This document shows positions 28,278 to 38,374 of a DNA stretch of 64,000 nucleotides, piece after piece. Within the stretch, counting starts at the first letter, position 1; every line of letters begins with the position of its first letter. The notes below the pieces were generated by a model. It was not told the origin of the DNA, searched no databases, and saw nothing but the letters and a program-made list of their open reading frames with translations. The translations under genes were made by a program, and so were the position numbers. The DNA comes from a virus: positions 57,025 through 121,024 of the IMG/VR virus record IMGVR_UViG_3300016472_000940. One strand, 5' to 3'.

Positions 28278-29434
28278 ATTTTAATAATCTTGTTTATTAC
28301 TAACGATGGCTGCATATTATTGTGCGGCTGACCACCACCTGTAGTCAGCGTATTGTACGGTCTAGTATTACCCGCATTACCACCGCTTTCAGTAGAACCA
28401 TAAGAATCAATACTACCGGGTGTAGAGTTATCTCTCGGAATGACGTGATCATGGCTAGGTATTTGTGCTACTGTTAGAGTATGGGTTTCCGCACCTACCT
28501 GGTCACCTCTCGTACGCACACTTAACCCTGGCCCTTGTCCTGCGCCAACAGCCGCCCTACCTCTAAAATCTGGCAAGTTAAATGTTGAACCACCGTCACC
28601 AGAACCATACGCTGTTCCAATTATTGCAAATAATGCAGAGTATGTAGCTCTGCTTACTGCACTGCCATCACATAACAAATATCCTGTAGGTATATTTGTA
28701 TTTGAACCAGCGTAATCAAAAATAGTTCCTGTCGGTATGGTGGTGCTACTACCACCTCCGCTGCCACCGCCGCTAGTTCCGCCGCCTAATTGTGCATTAA
28801 TAAGAGTAGCAAGTGTTGATATGGGAATGTCTGTTGGGGTGCTTGCAACGTTAAGACAACCTTTAATTGTATTTGGTGCCATCACAGCTAGCTTAGAATT
28901 CTGTACACCTGCGTTTGTTATACCGAGAGCATTGTCAGTAAAGGTCAGCTCCGGTGATGGCGAAGCAATACGTAAAACTTGATTTGAGCTAATTCTTTCT
29001 AAACCACGACCAATGGTGGTGCTTGTTAAATACCGGGCGTTAAGAGAATTTTCCTTTACAGAAATAGATGTGCCTACACGCTGTATGGTTGCATTATCTG
29101 CTGTAATGTTAATACCTACAGGTCGGTAATTTGCAACGAGAGTATAATCAGATGCAGTCAACGTATAAAGAATATTCGATGTATTATCAAATACAAAATC
29201 ATTAATAGCCGGGGCATTTGTCGCCGGTACATTCGATGCTATGCCGCTAAACGAGGTAAACCCTAAAAACTTTAAGCCTACCGGGACCCCGCCCATTGTT
29301 GAACCGTCGCCTATATATAACCGGCTCGAATCGATTGCAAAGCCTGGTTCCGCCTGTAAAAGTAACACACCGCTTCGCTCTTGCTCTGTCCCGCGTCTAA
29401 TTATAATTCTTGTAATTGGTTCTGGATTAGGCAT
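28274..29434 (-). CDS. Tail fibre protein with tail-collar domain
   Basis: N-terminal RIIIRRG...EPGF..D..RLYIGDG; C-terminal PTGTIFDYAG...GYLLCDGSAVSRATYSALFAIIG...FNLPDFRGR...HNNMQP. Confidence 0.85.
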   Translation of the reverse strand: MPNPEPITRIIIRRGTEQERSGVLLLQAEPGFAIDSSRLYIGDGSTMGGVPVGLKFLGFTSFSGIASNVPATNAPAINDFVFDNTSNILYTLTASDYTLVANYRPVGINITADNATIQRVGTSISVKENSLNARYLTSTTIGRGLERISSNQVLRIASPSPELTFTDNALGITNAGVQNSKLAVMAPNTIKGCLNVASTPTDIPISTLATLINAQLGGGTSGGGSGGGSSTTIPTGTIFDYAGSNTNIPTGYLLCDGSAVSRATYSALFAIIGTAYGSGDGGSTFNLPDFRGRAAVGAGQGPGLSVRTRGDQVGAETHTLTVAQIPSHDHVIPRDNSTPGSIDSYGSTESGGNAGNTRPYNTLTTGGGQPHNNMQPSLVINKIIKI

Positions 29435-29492
29435 AATCTATTATATATTTAGTAATTTGATTTATTTACAGGTGTATTTATAATAGCAATAT

Positions 29493-29993
29493 ATGCCTAA
29501 GTTTACTGTTAATTGTATTGTTACAAATAGAGAAAAATCGCTAACTGGGACAACACTTCAGAGAAGAATCAACAAGTTTGGGTCTGAAGAAATGGTACAA
29601 AAATATTATGTTGATAAAGATGCGGCTAAACTCCTTAAAAAGGGGTTTACAGTTGAAGAAGTAAGAGAAAAACTTAATATTAAAGGATTTAATAAAAAAG
29701 TAGATATAGAAGTTCTATATAAATTAAAGCTATACAAAAAGAATAAAAAACGTGTTTTAACACCAGAGGAATTAGAGACAAAAAGGGTATTAACAGAGGA
29801 AAATGAACGTAAATATTATGAACTTCAAGAAAAATTAAAAACGTGTAGTAAGTCGTGGGTTGAATGGGCTACTGGTAATGATACGTGTATAAGACCGGAT
29901 ATCTATTATGATTATGAGCATAACGCGGATGGTCGGTGTAAACCTTGCCCCTATCATGAACATTGTTTATGTAAAAATAAGGAAGTCGTTTGA
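29493..29993 (+). CDS. Hypothetical protein with C-terminal Cys cluster
   Basis: 166 aa; TTGATT-N16-TATAAT promoter at 29457-29484. Confidence 0.65.
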   Translation: MPKFTVNCIVTNREKSLTGTTLQRRINKFGSEEMVQKYYVDKDAAKLLKKGFTVEEVREKLNIKGFNKKVDIEVLYKLKLYKKNKKRVLTPEELETKRVLTEENERKYYELQEKLKTCSKSWVEWATGNDTCIRPDIYYDYEHNADGRCKPCPYHEHCLCKNKEVV

Positions 29994-30331
29994 AAACAAA
30001 GAAACTTAGATGTATTATAACAGGTAGAGTATTAACCGCGACCGCGGATTACTATGCCAAAAAGCTAGAAAAAGCTGGTACAGAAAAAGAACTACACCGC
30101 ACGTATATTTGTAAAGAAGCTAAAGACTTACTTGTTAAAGGGTATACCATAGAAAATATCCGTCAACAGTTAGGTACTGAAGGTGAGATAGCAGATGTAC
30201 CGGCTGATATTGTTAAGGAGCTGACAACAAATGAATACGGTTTACAGAGAAATACAATGTTTTCAGAAATTACATCATTTACACACAAAGACACGGATCC
30301 TGAGGTGTTAGATTTTATAAATAATCTATAA
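29990..30331 (+). CDS. Hypothetical protein, paralogue of the upstream gene
   Basis: Shares CI.T.R....K.G.E....Y..K.A..LL.KG.T.E..R..L with 29493-29993. Confidence 0.65.
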   Translation: MKTKKLRCIITGRVLTATADYYAKKLEKAGTEKELHRTYICKEAKDLLVKGYTIENIRQQLGTEGEIADVPADIVKELTTNEYGLQRNTMFSEITSFTHKDTDPEVLDFINNL

Positions 30332-30564
30332 TGTTTGTAAGTGGTGAAAAGATTTACACGGTTATAGCATCAGGAAATACGTTAAAATGCGTTGATGCAG
30401 CTACAGGCATGCAGCACAACACACATAGATTTGACGGAACAATAGTTTCTGGTCCAATTGTCACTGGTGACAGAGTTACTGTTGTTATTCGCCGCGGAGA
30501 TACAAATTACGGTATAGTTTTCAAGCTTCCTTCCTTCCTACAAACTTCTACTTTTCGAGGATAA
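30331..30564 (+). CDS. Hypothetical protein
   Basis: 77-aa ORF, coupled. Confidence 0.55.
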   Translation: MFVSGEKIYTVIASGNTLKCVDAATGMQHNTHRFDGTIVSGPIVTGDRVTVVIRRGDTNYGIVFKLPSFLQTSTFRG

Positions 30565-30602
30565 TTCCTGGATATTTAAAAAACATTTCATATTATGTAC
30601 TC

Positions 30603-31094
30603 ATGGAGATGATATTAAATCCTGAGTTGTCCGAGCAAAGTGTAAGTGAAGCGTATCGAGTATTAGATGATACTTTTCATTATGGTTATTTTTATGGGTT
30701 TAATATAAAAAACAAATATGATGAGGAAAGATTGGCAATCAGTAATTATTCTGGTGCGAAAAGAATTTACTTTGAAACTAATAACAAACCATACAACCTA
30801 TATGGGTTGTTAGATGAAAATCCTATCAATGATATGCTTGTAAGGCAATTAGATAAGACACCACCTGCTTCAATTGGTGAATATAATTCTAAGCTTACTT
30901 TAAGCGGGTTAACATGCTTCACATGCTTTCTACATTTTAGTCCTGGGCTTTATCCTATAGACAGCTGTTATGCGGAGAAGTTTTTTCCAGGCGTAGATAT
31001 TTCCATTTTTAATAGCAATAAAAAAATATCGAAGTTTCAGCGCATGGGTCATATTTATCTTTTCGCTCTTGTAAATCATAAGAGAAAAAAATAA
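30603..31094 (+). CDS. Hypothetical protein
   Basis: 163-aa ORF. Confidence 0.6.
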   Translation: MEMILNPELSEQSVSEAYRVLDDTFHYGYFYGFNIKNKYDEERLAISNYSGAKRIYFETNNKPYNLYGLLDENPINDMLVRQLDKTPPASIGEYNSKLTLSGLTCFTCFLHFSPGLYPIDSCYAEKFFPGVDISIFNSNKKISKFQRMGHIYLFALVNHKRKK

Positions 31095-31152
31095 AGTTTC
31101 CTCGTAGGAAATACTTTATTTTTCAAATATAAATATAAAATTAAAATAAGAA

Positions 31153-33408
31153 ATGAGCACTCAGATTTATGTAAAGAAACGTAGCGGAAACCCTGAAAAG
31201 TTTAACATAGAAAAAATTCATAAAGTTATTTCTTGGGCAATCGAAGGTCTCGAGGGTGTAAGTCTTTCAGATATTGAAATTAACGCTAAGTTAAATATGG
31301 TTGAAAATATTTCAACCCGTGAAATTCATCAGAGTATTATTGAAGCTGCGGCAAATCTTATATCTGTTACTGCTCCAAATTATCAATTTGTTGCAGGTCG
31401 CTTGTTAAATTATCAATTGCGTAAAGACGTTTGGGGCGGTAAGCACCCGCCTCGCCTGATCGACACCATACATAACGGCATCAAAAAGAAAATATATGAC
31501 CCAGTCATTATAGAAAAATATTCTGAAGATGAAATCAATAAGATTGGAGAGTTTATTGACCATGAGCGTGATTTTATTTTTACGTACGCTGGCATAAAGC
31601 AGCTTTGTGACAAATACTTAATTAAAAACCGTACAACCGGTATTATACATGAAACACCGCAATTTGCCTACGTTCTTATTGCAGCGTACGCTTTTGCAAA
31701 TTATCCAAAGGCTAGTCGATCAACCTATATTCGTAGGTTTTATGACGCTATTTCAAAACATAAAATTAATTTACCTACACCAATTATGGCCGGTGTAAGA
31801 ACAGTATCTCGTGGTTATGCTAGCTGTTGTTTAATAGGTGTTGATGATACAAAAGAATCTATTACTGCATCTGGCACGGCAGTTTCGCTTGCAACAGCTA
31901 GTCGCTGCGGTATCGGCATTGATATTTCACGAATAAGGGCGATTGGTTCGTCTGTTAATGGGGGCAGTGTTGTGCATACAGGGGTTATTCCGTTCCTAAA
32001 GATATATGAGGCATCCGTTAAAGCGTGGCAGCAAAATTCTATTAGAGGGGGTTCAGCAACAATAAATGTACAATGGTGGCACTATGAAATTGAAGATATT
32101 GTTGTTCTAAAAAATAATGCCGGTACAGATGATAATAGAGTACGAAAGCTAGATTATACGATTGGAATGTCAAAGTTGTTTTATGATAGAGTTATAAAAA
32201 ATGAACAAGTAACATTGTTCTCACCGCATGAGGTGCCTCACCTCTGGGAGGCGTGGGGCACACCAAAATTTAGTAAAATTTATGAAGAATGTGAAAGCGA
32301 TAGAAAAATTAAGTTTAAGAAAAAAATATCTGCGAGAAAGCTTTTTTCTTTAATTGTAAAGGAGAGAGTTGAGACAGGAAGAATATATATTCTTAACGTT
32401 GACTGCGCTAATGAGCATGGTGCTTGGCTTGACCAGGTCACAATGTCAAATTTGTGTACAGAAGTCATACACCCCTACATACCGTTAAAAGATTTTCACG
32501 ATACTGATGCAGAAATAGGTATGTGTATATTATCGGCTGTTAACATGTTAGAGATTAAAAATTGGAACGAATTAGAAAGAGTTTGTGAGTTAATTGTTAG
32601 GTTTTTAGACGAAATAATAGATATCCAGGATTACTTTAACAAGGCGGCTGAAAATTTTGCTAAAAAGCGTAGAAGTTTAGGAGTAGGCATAACCAACCTC
32701 GCTGCGTTTTTAGCAAAAAATGAGCTAAGATATACAGGCAGTAAAACATTACCAGCGCTTGATGAATGGATGGAGCATTTTCAATACTATCTACTCAAAG
32801 CTAGCGTTCAAATAGCAAAAGAAAAAGGTAAATGCGAGAAATTCCATCACACAAAATATTCCAAAGGCATCTTACCTATAGACACATACAAAAAGAAGGT
32901 TAATGAGCTAGTACGTAGAAAGCTTACATTAGACTGGGAGCAATTGAGAACAGATATAAAAGAACATGGTCTAAGACACAGCACTATGTCGGCTATAATG
33001 CCGTGTGAATCAAGCTCAGTTGTCCAAAACTCCACTAATGGTGTTGAGCCAATAAGATCCTTAATAACATATAAAATGTCTAAGATGGGTAAGCTTCCTG
33101 TATTGGTACCCGGAATAGGAAAATACGAACAAAATTACGAACTAGCATTTAACTTGCAAGATAATACAGGTATTATCAATGTAAATGCAATATTGCAAAA
33201 ATATATTGATATGGCTATCTCTACAAACATATATTACAACTATAATCACTATCCAAACCATGTTTTACCTGATGCAAAAGTTATGAAAGAGATAATGTAT
33301 GCATATAGTACAGGTCTTATAAGTTTATACTACAACAATACTGATGATGGCGACAAGGAACAGTCAATAAAAGAAGATGCCTGCAGTAGTGGCGCTTGCA
33401 AACTTTAG
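31153..33408 (+). CDS. nrdA: Ribonucleotide reductase class Ia alpha subunit
   Basis: ATP cone (VKKRSG), PTPIMAG, SCCL, SNLCTE, MPCESSS, C-terminal CSSGACKL. Confidence 0.95.
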   Translation: MSTQIYVKKRSGNPEKFNIEKIHKVISWAIEGLEGVSLSDIEINAKLNMVENISTREIHQSIIEAAANLISVTAPNYQFVAGRLLNYQLRKDVWGGKHPPRLIDTIHNGIKKKIYDPVIIEKYSEDEINKIGEFIDHERDFIFTYAGIKQLCDKYLIKNRTTGIIHETPQFAYVLIAAYAFANYPKASRSTYIRRFYDAISKHKINLPTPIMAGVRTVSRGYASCCLIGVDDTKESITASGTAVSLATASRCGIGIDISRIRAIGSSVNGGSVVHTGVIPFLKIYEASVKAWQQNSIRGGSATINVQWWHYEIEDIVVLKNNAGTDDNRVRKLDYTIGMSKLFYDRVIKNEQVTLFSPHEVPHLWEAWGTPKFSKIYEECESDRKIKFKKKISARKLFSLIVKERVETGRIYILNVDCANEHGAWLDQVTMSNLCTEVIHPYIPLKDFHDTDAEIGMCILSAVNMLEIKNWNELERVCELIVRFLDEIIDIQDYFNKAAENFAKKRRSLGVGITNLAAFLAKNELRYTGSKTLPALDEWMEHFQYYLLKASVQIAKEKGKCEKFHHTKYSKGILPIDTYKKKVNELVRRKLTLDWEQLRTDIKEHGLRHSTMSAIMPCESSSVVQNSTNGVEPIRSLITYKMSKMGKLPVLVPGIGKYEQNYELAFNLQDNTGIINVNAILQKYIDMAISTNIYYNYNHYPNHVLPDAKVMKEIMYAYSTGLISLYYNNTDDGDKEQSIKEDACSSGACKL

Positions 33409-33427
33409 TATATAATAAATATAGCTT

Positions 33428-34492
33428 ATGAAGTCTGTCTTAAACCTAAAAAATATTGATCATACCAAACAGCCACTTTTTTTTGGTGAAGATCTCAACC
33501 TACAACGATATGATAGGTTTAAATATCCAGTATTTTTTGAGTTGTTTAAGAAACAAGAGGAATTCTTTTGGTGGCCTCATGAAATATCTCTGCAAAAAGA
33601 TCGCCACGATTACCGCGAATTGAAAGGTGAAGAGAGATTTGTTTTTGACACCAATCTCAAGTTTCAAACACTCGGAGACAGTATGCTTTCCCGGTCAATA
33701 CATTCTCTTAAGGACTATGTTTCGAATCCTGAGCTAGAAATCTGCATGAATACATGGCAGAGGTTCGAAGGTATTCACAGCTACAGTTATTCCTACCTTC
33801 TAAACAATGTACATCCTCACGCCTCAACATTCTTTGATAGTATAATGGAGGATAAAGAAATTGTAAGTAGAGCTGAACTTATTAGATCAAACTACGATAA
33901 AATTTTAGGTGACGACAACAAAAAAGATTTAAAGGAAAAGGTTTTTGATTGTATTCTTGCTGTTAACGCAATGGAGGGATTAGTGTTTTATGTATCTTTT
34001 GCTTGTTCGTTTTATTTTGGTTATCGTGGAAAAATGGAGGGCAACTCAAAAATTATTAAGTTTATTCAGCGCGATGAAGCACAACATTTCGCGATTACAC
34101 AAAATCTTATTAAGATTTTAAGAGAAGAAGATGTCGAAGGCTTTACAACCGTAGCAAAAAGGAGCGAAGATAAAATATACGCTATATACGAACAAGCAGC
34201 TAAAAATGAAATTGAATGGGCACAATATTTGTTTAGTAAGGGATCATTACTTGGTCTGAACGCTGAGGTTTTAGGTGGATATGCCAAATGGTTATGTGAT
34301 AATAGGTTGCGCTCACTTGGTTATAAGAAAATTTTTAACCAAAAGGATAATCCTATTGCTGGTTGGTTAGATAGCTATTTAGATAGTAGCAAAGTACAGG
34401 TAGCGCCACAAGAGGCTGAAATAGGCGCATATAAGATTGCAGCCCGCGACACAACAATTACAGAAGATTCTTTTGCGGACGTCGAATTATAA
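33428..34492 (+). CDS. nrdB: Ribonucleotide reductase class Ia beta subunit
   Basis: FFWWPHEISL, EGIHSYSY, EGLVFYVSFA, RDEAQH, VQVAPQE. Confidence 0.95.
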   Translation: MKSVLNLKNIDHTKQPLFFGEDLNLQRYDRFKYPVFFELFKKQEEFFWWPHEISLQKDRHDYRELKGEERFVFDTNLKFQTLGDSMLSRSIHSLKDYVSNPELEICMNTWQRFEGIHSYSYSYLLNNVHPHASTFFDSIMEDKEIVSRAELIRSNYDKILGDDNKKDLKEKVFDCILAVNAMEGLVFYVSFACSFYFGYRGKMEGNSKIIKFIQRDEAQHFAITQNLIKILREEDVEGFTTVAKRSEDKIYAIYEQAAKNEIEWAQYLFSKGSLLGLNAEVLGGYAKWLCDNRLRSLGYKKIFNQKDNPIAGWLDSYLDSSKVQVAPQEAEIGAYKIAARDTTITEDSFADVEL

Positions 34493-34505
34493 TAAATAAT
34501 AATAC

Positions 34506-35708
34506 ATGATACCAATACTTGATAAAAGGTGGGTGAAAGACAACCAGTTACATCCTACGCTCTTTGGATTTGGCACAAAAAATAAATTAGCAGCCAATCT
34601 ACTTAATTATGTATATGGTGTGGTTATGGTGGTTGCAATGGCTTTTGCGTATCATGCCTTGAGCATTATTCTTTCAGATTGGAATAAGCTATTTGTATTT
34701 TTAGCGAGTATTGCTGTTGTAGGACTCCCATACTGTATTAAGATAGTTCTGTTTGGTAATGAAAGATTTGAGCCTAAACACGCCTACTTGTGTCTAGCGA
34801 TAAGCGTTTTACCTGCTATATTTGATTTTGTTGGTTTTTACAGTGAAACAAGTATTAAGCAAACTTTAGTTCAAACAAAGTTTCAGATCGTTGAGACTAT
34901 CAATTATTTTAATACGGAGGCTAGAGCTAAACTAGAAGAAGAAAAAATAGATTTACAGAAAAAACGTGATCAAGAATTAGCAAACATGAAAACTACTACT
35001 GCGCAAAAAATTTCTGATCTAGATGTAAGACTAACAGATGCAAAGCAAACCTATATAGACGAGACCGAGGGGGTTAAAGGCCAATATACTACTGGTAAAC
35101 CAGGCTCTGGCCCACGCGCTAAGGAATATCAAGCTGAAATAAGAAAAACACAAGCAGCTAATGATTTAGAAGCCAAACGTATTACACAACAACAACAAAT
35201 TGAGGAAGAGAGAATTACTAAGGAATATGCTAAGCAAATTGAACAGTGTGATCAAGGATTACAAGAAATAAATGAATTAGTATCGAGCGATGCTAAGCAA
35301 AAAGGACTATTATTTCAAGTAAACAATGCAACAAATTTTAATGAACTGTCAAAAGTAATTATTGTTGTAAACAATAGCATCTCTACAATTAGCTCTAAGA
35401 TGGGCCTTGAACCAAAGTTTGTTTCCTATACAACTGACGATGTGATCCAATTATCTTTTGGAGCCTTATTAAGAGGCGAGATAACCGCTCTTATTTGTTT
35501 TCTTCTAGCATTTTTATTAGAAATGGTTGATACTATTATTGTGTTTATGGTTCGCGGTACACGGAAGAAACCAGAGGAAGAAGCAGTAAAAGAAACTGAA
35601 AAAGAAAAGATATTTGTTAAGACGTACAATACGGATATAATGCCAGAAAAAAGCCCAGAGATGATTGATAGCTTTTTTTACCCATATAAAAACTATACAA
35701 AAAAATAA
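34506..35708 (+). CDS. Membrane protein with long coiled coil (DUF4407-like)
   Basis: Three N-terminal TM helices, E..G...TGKPGSGPRA motif, coiled coil, C-terminal TM. Confidence 0.65.
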   Translation: MIPILDKRWVKDNQLHPTLFGFGTKNKLAANLLNYVYGVVMVVAMAFAYHALSIILSDWNKLFVFLASIAVVGLPYCIKIVLFGNERFEPKHAYLCLAISVLPAIFDFVGFYSETSIKQTLVQTKFQIVETINYFNTEARAKLEEEKIDLQKKRDQELANMKTTTAQKISDLDVRLTDAKQTYIDETEGVKGQYTTGKPGSGPRAKEYQAEIRKTQAANDLEAKRITQQQQIEEERITKEYAKQIEQCDQGLQEINELVSSDAKQKGLLFQVNNATNFNELSKVIIVVNNSISTISSKMGLEPKFVSYTTDDVIQLSFGALLRGEITALICFLLAFLLEMVDTIIVFMVRGTRKKPEEEAVKETEKEKIFVKTYNTDIMPEKSPEMIDSFFYPYKNYTKK

Positions 35709-35738
35709 CCCTTATTGAAATAAGTAAGTATGAAGGAG

Positions 35739-35792
35739 TATTCAAATAGGGGTGGGTGGTGGGCCCGCTAGAAGAGTGGGACTATTTGAATA
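35739..35792. other. Inverted repeat/hairpin with G-rich interior
   Basis: TATTCAAATAG (35739-35749) and CTATTTGAATA (35782-35792) are perfect 11-bp inverted arms; inner CCCGCT/AGTGGG stem. Confidence 0.6.
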
Positions 35793-35798
35793 AATATT

Positions 35799-35990
35799 AT
35801 GGTGAGCGGCAGTATGGTTGAAATGACCAATACAGATCTCTACAAACACTTTGTAAGGGTGAGAGAAGAGATTCTAAAGCATAAGTGGTGTGAAAGTGAA
35901 AAAGCACACCGAGATGTTGGATTTGAATATGCTCTTGTAGATTGGATAGTCAAATATAAAGCAACCTGGGATAAAGATCGAAAAAACTAG
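35799..35990 (+). CDS. DUF4032-like small protein
   Basis: EEILKHKWCESEKAHRDVGFEYALVDW. Confidence 0.65.
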   Translation: MVSGSMVEMTNTDLYKHFVRVREEILKHKWCESEKAHRDVGFEYALVDWIVKYKATWDKDRKN

Positions 35991-38374
35991 GGACCCTTCT
36001 TACAATCATTTTGCGGGCTAGCAGTATTTCTATCAATATTATTATTTTTTGTACCAGCTTGTCTAACGCCCTTATTATCTGCAACCAGAGTTAAAGGCAA
36101 GTTTCTAAAATGATGGCTATGCGGGTAAATTATAACACCATTATCATCAGGGTAGCAATCTTTATCCGGTAAGCAGCTGTATATAGGCTCGCCGCTACCT
36201 CTAAACCCAATAACCTTTATAGTTTCATCATTACTAATACCATATACTTTAGTTAATTCTGTCTCTTGTATTTCTACAGGAGCTGTGATATGATTAATGG
36301 AAAGTTCACCTTCTATATGTGCCCCGCCTGCGACGATAAGATTTTTTGAAACTCCTAAACTACTGTCAATCATAACCTGAGCCATTTGACGTTGCTTTAT
36401 ATACACAATATCAGCTACTAAAGTAAATCTCTTACCGCCGTCCAAGTTAACTTCATTAGTACTTCCGATATTTAACTGCTCACCAGCAACATTAACAACA
36501 CTACCACCTATTTGTACAGGTCCAAATGTTTTCAAGCTTAATCCCCCTGCGCCGACCTGTAAAGTATACCTATTACATGCTGTAACTGTGTAATTGCCCC
36601 CAGGCAAATCGTCTACGTGGACATATTCGATTAGCGGCGATGGTTTTTGATTCTCAAAAACACCTTCCTCGTCGACAAGTACTTGCGCATTATACATCTT
36701 ACCTTTATCATCTACCCTAATACTACCAAAATCATTCATAATAAGACCTATAGTCTCAATTTTGTGCTTGGTTATATCAACTATTTCGTGGCCACCAAGC
36801 CCTAGACCAGCCTCGCTTTTCGCCAAATCTGTTGCCTTGCTTGTTATTAACGAAGCTAGCTGTTGTTTTATAGGATCGGGTCCCCAATTTCCACCCATGC
36901 TACTCGGACTTAGCCCTGTTCCGTTACACGCAGGACATCTTTTTGTTGTTGGGAAGGCTATTTTTTGAGGTGTACCAGGTTGAAAGACGCCACGAGGGTC
37001 TACATAAGTGTATTTTGATACCTCCGAATTAAGATTGTATCCTTTTCTGGATAGATAATCACGAGGCCGTCTTCTTGGTGGTCTTTGTCTTAAAGGAAAA
37101 TCAATATCAACAGTTTCGAAAAATCCTTTATTAGGGCTAGACCCGCCACCCGGATACCCGCCAACATAAACATTTGATATTTCAACTTTTTTAAAGGGGG
37201 TATTTTTTAATGTTGGTATTGTCTTCCCGCCTTGACAGACTGGACATTTGCCAGCTGATCCGCTCTTTTTTTGTTGTGAGCTACTAAACAAGCTATCACT
37301 ACCTGTACGCTGTAATTCAAATCGTTGCTTAGCGTCAGCAATACTTTGCATGGAATCTTTCCAGTTTTGAATAGCTGATGAATCTAAACTACCAATTTTT
37401 CGATATACATCACCCCGTATTATTGTATCTCTATCCCCATCGACGTAAAAATTGTCTGCTCCGCGAACAGTTTCGAATTTATCGCCCAAAATGAGATGCT
37501 GTTCATTAGCTGTTGCAAGATATATTGTCGCTGGGTTTGTAAATTGTATAGAACTGCCACTATAATGGGTTAGTTTAAGCGATTCTTTATTATCTGTATT
37601 AGTAAATTCAAGCGTACCACCTTTTTGATTAACGAGATATTTGTTTCTATATGTTTCGACGTTATGGTCACTTTGACCTTGTGCTTGGCTCTTATTCTCG
37701 TACGAGTCCGGGTAGTCACTAAACTCATAAACACCCTGCCACTCTTCTGAACCATGACTTGCAGCAAAGTATACCGGGTACATGGGGTTACCATCCATAA
37801 AAAATATCCACAAATGCGACCCTACAGGGGGAATAGAAAATGATCCCTTCGCTTTATTACTGTAGGATGCAGGTTTATAATTTTGACCATATATATTAGC
37901 TTTGTTTGTACCTGACGCACCAGGCGAAACAAAAGCATCACTAAGGGCAAAATCAGATTTCTCTAAAAGATTTGCTGGTTTTTCTCCAGTACCATCAACA
38001 TTTTGGCTATATTTTGTTGGTGTAAAGTCTTTTACCGGTGTCGATGATTTAAAATCATTACTATCACTTATTGTTGATGATTGATTGTAGGCGTTGTACC
38101 GGCCTGACGATACTTCACCAGTAATAGGTGAAGCACATTCAGCCCAGGGTAGGATATCTTTTACTTCCTCAACAACATCATCAAGAGGACTATCAACATT
38201 TTTACCTAAAAACTTAAATTTTTTATCTTTTGAAGTCTCTGTCCAATTACTATAGACATTTGGCGAAAGATGCGGTACAAAGACCTTTACACGTCCTTTT
38301 TTTAGCGGGTCATTATTGGCAACACAAATGCCAAGATAATTACCATATAATTTTTGTGAATTAGGCTGCCCCAT
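35987..38374 (-). CDS. Baseplate hub/spike (gp5/VgrG-like OB fold)
   Basis: YLGICVANNDPLKKGRVKVFVP...LPWA...FSIPPVGSHLWIFFMDGNPMYPVY; beta-helix-like repeats; C-terminal HSHH. Confidence 0.8.
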   Translation of the reverse strand: MGQPNSQKLYGNYLGICVANNDPLKKGRVKVFVPHLSPNVYSNWTETSKDKKFKFLGKNVDSPLDDVVEEVKDILPWAECASPITGEVSSGRYNAYNQSSTISDSNDFKSSTPVKDFTPTKYSQNVDGTGEKPANLLEKSDFALSDAFVSPGASGTNKANIYGQNYKPASYSNKAKGSFSIPPVGSHLWIFFMDGNPMYPVYFAASHGSEEWQGVYEFSDYPDSYENKSQAQGQSDHNVETYRNKYLVNQKGGTLEFTNTDNKESLKLTHYSGSSIQFTNPATIYLATANEQHLILGDKFETVRGADNFYVDGDRDTIIRGDVYRKIGSLDSSAIQNWKDSMQSIADAKQRFELQRTGSDSLFSSSQQKKSGSAGKCPVCQGGKTIPTLKNTPFKKVEISNVYVGGYPGGGSSPNKGFFETVDIDFPLRQRPPRRRPRDYLSRKGYNLNSEVSKYTYVDPRGVFQPGTPQKIAFPTTKRCPACNGTGLSPSSMGGNWGPDPIKQQLASLITSKATDLAKSEAGLGLGGHEIVDITKHKIETIGLIMNDFGSIRVDDKGKMYNAQVLVDEEGVFENQKPSPLIEYVHVDDLPGGNYTVTACNRYTLQVGAGGLSLKTFGPVQIGGSVVNVAGEQLNIGSTNEVNLDGGKRFTLVADIVYIKQRQMAQVMIDSSLGVSKNLIVAGGAHIEGELSINHITAPVEIQETELTKVYGISNDETIKVIGFRGSGEPIYSCLPDKDCYPDDNGVIIYPHSHHFRNLPLTLVADNKGVRQAGTKNNNIDRNTASPQNDCKKGP

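Noticed and set aside
31153-34492. Introns/inteins or homing endonucleases in nrdA/nrdB
   Set aside because: Both ORFs are uninterrupted and of normal length.
35799-35990. Host assignment from the DUF4032-like gene or bS21
   Set aside because: Cannot be supported without a phylogenetic search.
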